Assembly (NCBI GenBank): GCA_013239625.1
Contig: MU053376.1
Span: 2,034,507 to 2,098,506 of the forward strand
Length of the DNA stretch: 64,000 bases
From: Lama guanicoe
Lineage: Eukaryota
Direction of reading: 5' to 3'
Below the pieces are notes generated by a model that ran no database searches, was not told the DNA's origin, and saw only the letters and a list, made by a program, of their open reading frames with translations. A program made the position numbers and the translations under genes. Numbering within the stretch: the stretch's first letter is position 1; every line of letters begins with the position of its first letter. This document shows positions 22,688-32,800 of this stretch, piece after piece.

Positions 22688-24077
22688 TCTCCTTTAGATT
22701 TTGATTCTGCCAGATCATAAGTTCCAGGGTGAAGTTATTCAAAGGTAATCATTTGAAATGCATCCTAGGGCCCACACTTACATTTAGTGGGCTTATTCTA
22801 ATCCCAGAGGCCCCCGGGCGTGGATCACATCTCATACCCAAGGGAGTACCCAGTGTTCGATGGAAATGCAAGGAATTCTACCCCTAGCCTTTGAACAGAC
22901 ACGCTGCCTCCTCTCCTAGGTTTGGCATTGCCATCTGTTATTTGTGCGTTTTGTATTCAGCTCTCTGGCGCCCTGCCAACCTGTTGTCTCCTCCCTCACG
23001 TTAATGGCAGAGCTCCTCTCTGATCTCTTGCCGGGTGCTTGGTCTTGGATAAGTCAGAGCTGAGGCTGTAACGCTACCCTATGCCGTGGATGAGGGTAGT
23101 TGACGAGCTGTGAGATGGAGCTAGTGCTTTAGCTTTAGCTGTGAGCAGAGGACCCACGCACCTTTTCTGGGCATCCGAAGGCAAAGGCGGGCTCTTCTTT
23201 TTGGGTCCTCTCTCCTCATGTATCTGATGGGAGCTTGCTGGAAACAAGTGACAATGAACACAGTCAAACAGAGATCCCTTCAATCCAGATAGAAACCAAA
23301 AGAGGAGACCGGGTGGGTCTGAATTTAGGAAGCAGTCTTTATGTTTATCTAACCTAATGTTTATACCCATAGGCATGTGAAGTTTCCTTTTACTCAGTTA
23401 GAAACCCTTGCATGTTGCATATGCCAGTCAATTAAACTTCATTGTCTGTCAAGCTCTGTCATACAATATTGAACCGGAGAAACAGATAACAGAGCTTTCT
23501 AGTTTCAGGAAGAACAGCTAAATAAACAAAATAAATGCTACTCTAAAAATGAAATGATGTAATAAGACAGTGAGTGCCTGGGGGAAGGATTAGGACAGGT
23601 AGGTCAAGAATTCTGCTTGGCCTGGAAAGGTTGAGACGACTATTCGACAGCCAAGTGGAAATATCAAACTCTTGGATATATGAAGATAGAGTTTTAGGGA
23701 CAGAACATACCTGAAAATGGGAGCTATTCCATTAGAGATGTATTCAAACTGCGAGAGTCCTGGGAAGAATATATAAATGTAAAAAAGAGAAGGTCCTGAC
23801 AATTAGGAATCCTGCAGCGAAGGAGGAGCCAGCAAAGAAGTCAGAGGGAGTGAGCGACAGAGATAGGTGGCTGAGAGAGCACAGGGTCACAGAAACCCAG
23901 AGAAGAAGATGTTTCCACAAAGAGGGTCAGCTGTTAAACGCCTGTGGGGTAGGATGAGGCCAGAAAGGTAACTGGACAGCAACACTTTCAGGAGAGGGGA
24001 GATGAGCTGATTGGAGTGGGTGGGGCAGCACACAGGAAGGAAAGGGGCAAACCCTTGGCAGCTCATTCAAAGGCTTC

Positions 24078-24160
24078 TTTTTTTTAATTGAAGCACAGTC
24101 AGTTACAGTGTGTCAGTTTCTGGTGTACGGTACAGTGTACTTATATTCATTTTCATACTC
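24078..24160 (-). mobile_element. 5'-truncated L1 3'-tail (artiodactyl-type)
   Basis: TTTTTTTTAATTGAAGCACAGTCAGTTACAGTGTGTCAGTTTCTGGTGTAC, reverse of an L1 3' end with poly(A). Confidence 0.55.
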
Positions 24161-26423
24161 AAAAGTCTGCTTTCAGTGATGAGCATCAAAAGGGGTCCAG
24201 GGCCCAGGGCCCAGGTTTTGTTTTCAAAATGGACAATGTCAAGGCACATTTGCCCAAGGGCAGGACCCAGTAGGATGAGAAGGACTGTGCAGAAGAGGGT
24301 AAATTACAGAGCACACGAGTGGAGGGGCCGGCCGGAGCCCAAGAGGCGCTTCCTCCAGTCTCATGGGAAGGGAGGCAGGCAGTGGATGTGGGGTAAGAAG
24401 ATGAGGAGTTCCCTTTTGATCAGTTCTTTGTGATCAAACTTCTTTGTGACGCCGAAGGCACAGCCTTTAGCCAAGAGCGTGGGAGTAAGAGATTTGAAGA
24501 ATGAAGAGAATGAGTGAAATACATTTCCATACCAAGAAAGCCAGACAAGTGGCTTGCTGCCTCGCCCACGGCATCTTTTCCCACTGCCCGGGGGGTCGTG
24601 CCAGGTAGGGACACAGCCTTATCCCTCCTTCCCCACCAAAGCTCCTGGCCAGAGATGACTGGTGCAGGGGGTGAGGAGCGGGGCTCTGAGAGCTCACCAC
24701 TCAGCCCTTCAGAAATGCCCAGCGTGGTGAGTACGTGCTGCCCACCTCCCACACACCCACTGGCCCTCGTCCTTTCTCTGCTCCTTTAAGGCACTGGACA
24801 GGTGAAGCGGCTGTGACAAGCAGGCCCAAGCCACATAGGGGCAGAAAAGGTAGCTAGGATTGATTCTGGGCCTCCCAGGTTGCAGGCACTGCATCTCGTT
24901 TGGTTTTCACACCAAATCGATGAGAATGTTTGAGTGACTTGCTCAAGGCACTTGCTCAAGGCGTCAGGACTCTAAACCTCTCTGATGGCATCGCCCTGCC
25001 CTTCCTCCGACACCACTCGGCCTCCCTCTGGAGAAGGCAAACGTGAGCTTTCTCCCTGAGAGCAGCCATCAAAGACCTCCCCACCCGCCCCATCCCCACC
25101 TCTGGCCCTTGTCCTACCTGTGAATTGCCACTTCTGTTTCTAGGACTCCTCAGAGCTACTCAGGAAGTTGTGGTGGCGCCTCTCACGGACTTCCTCCTCC
25201 CTGCAGGAGCGAGCGCGGCTCCTGCGCCTCCTCAGTGAGACAGTGGCCGTGCTGCCCAGCTGGGACTGGCAGCGGCGCAAAACCACAGGCCAGACATCCA
25301 TTCATCTTGTCCACACGGAGGCCGTGACCTCACAGAGGGTGTCCAGCCAGGCGTGACCTGTCACCGCACACCAGCTCACCGCCCGCCTCTCCCCTCTTCT
25401 CAAGCCCTGCCTTGTGTGGTACCCTGACCTGCTCATTCTCTTCTCCTCCCCCTGTGCCTCTGCGTGTGTTCCCACGGCACAGAATGCCTTAATTCTGACT
25501 CCCTCTTTTCCTCTGAACCCTCCTCCCTCCAAAATCTGATCAAGCATCCTTCCTTCTGGCAAGCCCTTCGGGATCATCAGCCATCCCCACTCCCTGCTGT
25601 CCCCCAGGTTCACAAAATCATCACCTGCTGAAGCATATATCTCCCAGCGCTCGCCATGCTGTCCCGAACACCGGCTCCTGGGGAGGTGACTGCGTCTCCC
25701 CTTGGTGTCCTCATTACACAGTGCCTGCTTCCTCGGAGGTGCTGGACACACAGTCATTGCATTTGAGGGTGCTTAAGACCCTGGGAAAAAGAAATTGGGC
25801 TTGCTCTGGGAGAGCAGAGGAGGGGTGCCAGTGAGGACCGAGCAGGTTCATCGGGGGGAATGCGTAGAGCTTGCGTGATGGGCTGTGTTAGGTGGCAGAT
25901 CTCAGTGGCTTAACAACTGCAGAGCTCGATTTCTCACTAAAGCTACAGATCCCTTGTGGGCCAGCAGGGGGCCTCTGCCCGGCAGTCACTCAGGGACCCA
26001 GACTGAAAGGGCAGTCACCAAGTCAAACAGAATCACACTGTCTGTCAGAGGAGGGGTGTGGCGTGGCGGGAAGCAGGGTGCCTTGCATCAGCAATTACCT
26101 GCTTTGGTTAAGAAATCACACGATTAAGAATCGGAGGGTATTAAGGAAGTGCAGTTGTACCATATGCTGGGCAGGGGGTAGGCTGGGAATCCTGGGTGCA
26201 GAGCAGGAGGAGCTGAGGGACGTTCCTCATGGTCCTGCTGCGGGAGACAGCAGGGCAGCACCTCTGGGTGGCGAGCCCAGCAGCTCTGGCTGCTGGAGGG
26301 GGCGTGGCCTATCAGCCAGTGTCTCTGTGTGAGCACGAGGCAGGCGGTTCTCAGCAGGGCTCCCTCTCTGGTGTCACTGTGCTAGGGGTGGGGCTGTCAG
26401 AGGAAGCCACCAGGTGTGGCCCT

Positions 26424-26464
26424 GGGAAAGTCCCTCCAACTTTCTATTGAAACGTGGAATTTCC
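26424..26464. promoter_or_regulatory. Tandem NF-kB sites ~0.8 kb upstream of IKBKE exon 1
   Basis: GGGAAAGTCCC (26424-26434; reverse complement contains GGGACTTTCC) and TGGAATTTCC (26455-26464). Confidence 0.7.
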
Positions 26465-27249
26465 TAGCTTTAACCATTTCTTATCCAGCTGCCGTCTTGG
26501 AGCTGACCAGGAGCAGAGCCAACCTCTCTAGGCCTCCCATGAAATGTGACTTGGGAGCAGTGAGTCCTGACTGGGAAGCTGGCACACCTGGGTTTCAGCC
26601 CTAGCAATCTCTGAAGGTCATGGGCAAATTACTGAAGCTGCGTGCGCCTCCTCGCCTGCCTTCCATGCCTGTCTGTAAAGCTCTTCCTAGTTTCCCAAGC
26701 ATTTCCAAATATCCTGTCCCATGTCAACCACAATTAGTGGAGTGAGTATGACCATCCTTGTGCCTCAGGTAAGAAAACTGTCTGGGAGGGGTCGTGAGCT
26801 GTGCTCAAGGTCATGCTGGAGGGCATGACCTGGGTTCTAGTGCTTGCTCTTGGACCTCTGTGGGCTCACTAGGAAGATGAGTCAGATCCAACTTCTCCTA
26901 GAAGTGGCTGGTCACAGGTCCTGGACCTTCCTGGGGTTCCTGGGTGTCGGAAGTTGGTTTTCCCAGGCATCTGTCCACTTGGTTAACTGGCCCAACCTGC
27001 TCTATAGACGCTGGGCTGAGCTCTGAACTTCCCTGCTCCAGTGAACCACGGGAGATACAGAAATAGCGCCCCGCGGCCCACCACAGCCACTCGGCCTTAG
27101 TTCTTGGCCTCTTGGTGGCTCAAACCCTAGTCCTGTCGCCTCTACTTGGGAAATCAGAGCATCCCCTTTCTCCTCCCTGCAGAGGGTGGTGGCAGTAACC
27201 CAGCCGCCTCTGTCTCTTTAAGAGAGAGAGAGAGAACCAAATCAGGAAG

Positions 27250-27471
27250 TGTGAGAGAGCTGAGAGCCGGCTGGGAGCTGAGCTGAGTGTTGGCCTCTGC
27301 TCCCAGCTCTCCCAGCTCCCGGGTGGCACACAGCCACTTCAGCTGGCCCAGTCTTCGGGTCCTGTGGTCACCAGGATGCTCTGGGCACTGCCTGTGAATG
27401 ACAACAAGCCCTGAAAGCTCTGGGGTCACCACACAGTCCCACAACCCTGCATGCCCCACAGCCGAGATGGG
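27250..27471 (+). other. IKBKE: IKBKE non-coding exon 1 (TSS approximate)
   Basis: Follows an ETS motif GGAAGT (27245-27250); strong donor GG|gtgagt at 27472; resembles recalled human IKBKE 5' end. Confidence 0.6.
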
Positions 27472-28073
27472 GTGAGTGTGCAGAGTCCATGGGGTGAGGG
27501 TTGGGGGGGTAAATGGGGGAGCCCAGTGCCCGGCAGATGCAAGGCAGCACTTAGCAGACCTGTTGGGGTGCTGACCTGTCAGCAGTGGCTCTCCCAGCTT
27601 ATGTCCCCTCCCTGGATCTCTCTGCTGCTGCTGTTCCTCCCCCCGCCCCAGAGGTGCCCTGTGCTCCATCTCTGGTGGGCACCCTTGCAAAGGACATCCT
27701 GGAGGTTGGTGAGACCCAGGGAGGGTTGTGGCGAGAGGAGAGCTGTGGTCCACCTACGATGCTCCCTTCCGAGGCTCTGCTGCCCAACACCCCGAAGCCA
27801 GCATTGAGCTCTGCCTCCGTACTTTTCTTCTGGCTGGTTTCTGGTGCCTGTTCTCACTTCTCCTGGGGTCCTTTTCCCTGGCTCTTCTGGTGGTGGGAGT
27901 GGCCAGGAAAGTCTCCTGGAGCTGGGAAATTGGGCCGGAAACCCCTAGTTCTGTGAAGGAGGGTGACAAACAGGAAAGGGTTAAAGGGCTGGGGCTGGGG
28001 GGCCTTTGATGGAGGCTGAGTATCAAACAGCACCCAGGGGTGCCTCTCATCCGCCCTCCTCTTTCCGGTGTAG

Positions 28074-28166
28074 CTCAGCTCCTGGACTTGCCACAGACGG
28101 AAAGCATAACAACACACGCTTGCCGGGGAGAGTCTTTGCCTGATCTGGGGCTGCTCAGAGCACAGG
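28074..28166 (+). other. IKBKE: IKBKE non-coding exon 2
   Basis: Polypyrimidine + tag acceptor, AGG|gtaagt donor; CTCAGCTCCTGGAC..GCCACAGAC..AAAGCATAAC..CTTTGCCTGA matches recalled human 5'UTR. Confidence 0.75.
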
Positions 28167-29780
28167 GTAAGTGCTTTTGGCCACAGTAGAGCCCCGAGGA
28201 GGAAGGGAGGAGGAGGAAAGTGGGAGGGGCAGCTGGCTCACTGGCTCCAGGACTCACCCTCCTCCATTCAACCACTGCTGAAGGATAGTGAGCTCTTCAC
28301 TGGGCTGGGGGTCGCAGAACGCGCAGACCTGACCAGATGTGCTGCCAGTCAGCTCCTAAGCGCAGCCCTGGCAGGGCCAGGAGCAGAGCCCAGGACATGC
28401 CACCCTGTCTAGGGCTCTGCCCTCTGCACCACACTGCCCACTCCTCAGAACACCAGCTGCCCTCTGCACCAGGACCAGCCCTGGGGAGGATTTTTGAAGA
28501 TCGTGAAATCTCCCCCGGCTGGGTCTTTGGCCTTGATTCCAGGATGCTCTACCTGGCTTCACACACACACGCAACACACACCCACTCCCAGACCCGCTGG
28601 CTGATTCCCCCTCAGCCTTAGAGGGGAAAGCCTCACCAGCTCGTTCCTGCTGAGCATCACAGTGTCTTCAGAGAGACCCTGAGCACCTCAGCTGCTTCTG
28701 TAAGATGCCAGCCCTGATACCTCCTCTGAAACTAGGGATTGACCACTCATCTCTTGACTTGGCCTCTGGCTCCAGGAATGGACATTCTCAAGGTTTCCAT
28801 TTGTTTAAAAAAAAAAAAAGATAACAGAGAGAGGGCTCAAAGCTAAGGAACTGCGGGTTTCAAGGCACAGTGACCCTGGGGTTGACAACCTTTGAGAGGC
28901 AAGGAGGAGGGCCTGCCTAGTCCAACCTTACCTGAAGGTCTTTAAGGGGTGGTGGCCCTTCCTCTGCTCCTCGCAGTCATTGCATCAAGACCAGCCCTGG
29001 CCCTCTTCAAATAAGCAACGCATTTGACTTCTGAGGCTACACTCTCCAGGGCCAATTGCTATAGAGGAACTGGCCTTTGGCGAGAAGAGAATGGGGACAA
29101 AGATGGGGAACAAAGTTGTGGAGGGGTTTCTGATCCTCCTGGGGGCTCCCGAGCCCTTGGATGTGCCGGTCTCCTGCCTCCTCCCACCCCCCCACCCCCC
29201 CACTCCTCTCTCAGGGAGAGCTGACCTGGCCTTGCTGGCCTCCTGACGCCTGTCAGCTCACACAGCAGGAAGTGGTGGGCCTGAGCAAGCAGTGGGGAGG
29301 GGCTCCAGGCTCATGTTGCAATCCTGGAGATTTGTGGTGATGTGGTTGACGCTTCCTGACCCGGGGCTCTTCATTCAAGCACTGTTTCTGCCTCCTGGGA
29401 CAATCCCAGACCTGGATGCCAAAAGCCCAGGAGTCTCCGGGCTGGGGAGAGGTGACAGAGAAAAGGGTTTGTCTCTGGAGAATGCCTCTTTGGGGAGGAG
29501 GTGGGAGGGGACTTGGGGAGCAGGAACAGGAAGGATGTCCTGCAGGGGGCCAGGCCTGGGCTGTAGGCTGAGGGCCCCGTGGAAGTTACTTAACCTTTCT
29601 GTGCTTCACACTCCTCCTGCCCCCTGCCTCTGGAATGGCCACATGGAGCCCTTCACGGGGTGGTGCTGGGCACAGCCACTGGTCAGGTCACCAGTGTTCA
29701 CCCCAGGTCAGGGGTGAAACCCTGGACCCCAGTGTGTTCTTCTTCTGGGCAGAAGGCAGTCGGCCGGCAGGGAGCAGGAG

Positions 29781-29867
29781 ATGCAGAGCACCGTCAATTA
29801 CCTGTGGCACACGGATGACCTGCTGGGGCAGGGCGCCACTGCCAGTGTGTACAAGGCCCGAAACAAG
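29781..29867 (+). CDS. IKBKE: IKBKE exon 3, coding part (exon begins ~29753)
   Basis: [32 protein letters not shown]|gtagga. Confidence 0.97.
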
Positions 29868-32800
29868 GTAGGATGCAGCCCAGCCCACCCTGGCCCCCTC
29901 ACCCCCGGGAAGTCCTCGGCCCAGCTGGCCCCCCAGTGGGCATCCAGGGGCCTATGTGGCTGGGCAGAAGCCTCTGGGCTTTGTTCTGCACACTCTGAGG
30001 TTGAGCAGAGGTGTGGGGATCCGAAAAGGGCTCCCTGGGTCAATGCTTCTGCCAGGCACGGTTTGGGACTGGAGAGAAAGGATGAAGACACAGGCCACCA
30101 TCTGGGGCGGTGGTAGCGCATCTAGGAATAGCACAGGTGGGAAGTAGGGCTTGTTTGGATTTATCCTGCCTTCATTCTTGTCGAGAGCTGTATCAAATAC
30201 ACGCGACGTGCTGTACCATCCTGTACTTAACAACTGAAGCCAGACAGAACAGGATTCAGTTCCAGCTTTGCTGCTAACCCCAGGGAGTGTGAGCTACCAT
30301 TGTAGTTATTGCCAAGAGCAATAGTAATAATAAGAACAAACCATCCCCCGCAGGGCATCAAGTAGGCCAAGCTCTCGTCATCTCCCAGTGCTGCAGGACC
30401 GGCTCTGTACCCTCTGACTGGGGGAAGGAGCTGAGAGTGGGAGCCCCATCCCCAGGCAGCCTGCCTTCACGCATCCCCGGGGGCAGGCTGGTGGGAGGGG
30501 CTGAATGGAGGCCTGGGAGGAGGTGATCTCCCCAGGGCAGCGGTGGGACTGACATTATCCCCCATTGCAGAAATCTGGGGAGCTGGTTGCTGTGAAAGTC
30601 TTCAACACTGCCAGCTACCTGCGACCCCGGGAGGTGCAGGTGAGGGAGTTCGAGGTCCTGCGGAAGCTGAACCATCAGAACATCATCAAGCTCTTTGCAG
30701 TGGAGGAGACGGTGAGTCCAGGGCTTGGTCAGAGGAGGTGGTCTTGTCCTTGACCCTCACAGGCTGGGAAGAGTGAGGTCACATAATGATAGATCTGGGC
30801 ACAGGCTCATCAGCCAGTCAGCCAGCAGGTTGGCCAGAGCAACAACCTATAGAAAGGAATAAAGAATGTCAGGGGGCTGGGGGCCGTGTGGGAAAGTAAG
30901 GATGGGGAGGAAGGCCTAATCCAAGAGGGCTTCCTGGAAAAGGTGACCTTGGGCTCAGGGGTATGAGATCAGTTTGAAGCCAAGGAGGGAAGGCCAGCCA
31001 GGAGCTGGGACCAAGAGAATGGGGGCTTTTGGCTCTAGGCTGAGCCACCCTATCTTGAGGAAGGGGAGATGTGCCCTCCTCCCCAAGCCTCCCGCCATCC
31101 CACCCACAGGGGGGCAGCCGGCAGAAGGTGCTGGTGATGGAGTACTGCTCCAGCGGGAGTCTGCTCAATGTGCTGGAGAGCCCTGAGAACGCCTTCGGGC
31201 TGCCGGAGGACGAGTTCCTGGTGGTCCTGCGCTGTGTGGGTAAGTCCCTTGCTGTCTCCCACCTGGGAGCCCCCTCCCCACCTCAGGCCCAGCCCTCGGG
31301 CGAAAGCAAAGCCCCAGAGGGGTGTGGCATTTCAGGAACAAGTATCTAGACCCAGAAGAACCTTGAAACATAAGAGGCTTTTCATTCACAGGCCTAGAAC
31401 AGACACTAATGAACGGACAGAACCCTAGGGTCTGATTCCTGCAACTCGGCAGTTTAAAACTACAATTCAAGAGTAAAATCTAAAATAGGTTGAACACCAG
31501 TGTTCACAACAGCATTATTCACGATAGCCAAGAGGCGCAAAGGACCCAAATGTCACAGACAGATGAATGGATAAACACAATGTGGCTTATACGTATAATA
31601 AATGGCTGAATACTATTCAGCCTTTAAAGGAAGGACGTTTGGATATATGTGATAACGTGGGTGAACCTGGAAGACACTGCTGAGTGAAAAAAGCCTGCCA
31701 CACAGGACAAATACTGTCTGATTTATTTTTATACGAGGGACCTAGAGCAGTCAAATCCACAGAGACAGAAAGTAGATTGTGACTCTCAGGGTTAGAGGAT
31801 GCGGGGGATGGAAGGGGAGTGTTTAATAGGTAGAATTCCTGTTTGGGAACTTGACAAAGTTCTGGAGGTGGATGGTGGTGATGGTTGCACAACAATGTCA
31901 TTGTGTTTAATGCCACTGAAGCATAAGCTTAAAAATGGTTAAAATGTAAATTTTATATTAGGTATATTTTAGCACAATTTGAAAAAATAATAATTAAAAA
32001 AAAAGGTAGGGAGAAGAATGCCCTCCTCCGGGAGGCAGGGCCTCCAGCCCTCTTGGTTTCTTAGCGAATCCCAGTGGCGCCTCCACACCCTATATCCTTG
32101 GGACCCTCGTCCTTTGCTCTGTGCCCGTGTCTGTTCTCCCGCTGGCCCTGTGGCCCAGTCAGCCTGTGAGTTGTCACCCTCTGTCTCTGTGGGCCCGGGA
32201 CAGCCTTCCCCTGAGGTGAGCCTCGACGCCGGGCTGTCCCCGGCCAGAGCCACTAGCAGCCTTGCCTGTGTCCCAGTGGCCGGCATGAACCACCTGCGGG
32301 AGAACGGCGTCGTGCACCGAGACATCAAGCCGGGGAACATCATGCGCCTGGTGGGCGAGGAGGGCCAGAGCATCTACAAGCTGACGGACTTCGGGGCCGC
32401 CCGGGAGCTGGGCGATGACGAGCATTTCGTGTCGGTCTACGGCACTGAGGAGTACCTGGTGAGGGGTGCCGGGGGTCGCTGGCTGAGCTGAGGGCCCCCC
32501 TGCGGCTGACTGCCCCTTGCCTAGTGAGCCTCCGAGCCCTCCCGAGGGGCTCTCCAGTCTCTCTGGGTAGTCCAGCAGGGCTGGAGCTCACTAACCACAA
32601 CCAGAGCAATTCATTCTGTTCTCTAAGAACGCAAAGGCAATCCTGCAGCCCCCCGCCCAGGCCCCCTGCCCAGATGCCCTGCCGGGACCCCTGCCCAGCA
32701 CCTCCTTCCCTGGACCCCTGCCCAGCACCCCCTGCCCAGGCCACCTGCCCAGGCCCCCTCCCAGCCATTTACTCCTTGATCTGATCCTCATGGAGGAGGG

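Noticed and set aside
31050..31109. Orthologue of the human intronic miRNA MIR6769B, which I recall at the 3' end of this intron
   Set aside because: The G-rich 5' arm needed to pair with CCCACCC before the acceptor is missing; only a short unrelated stem is visible
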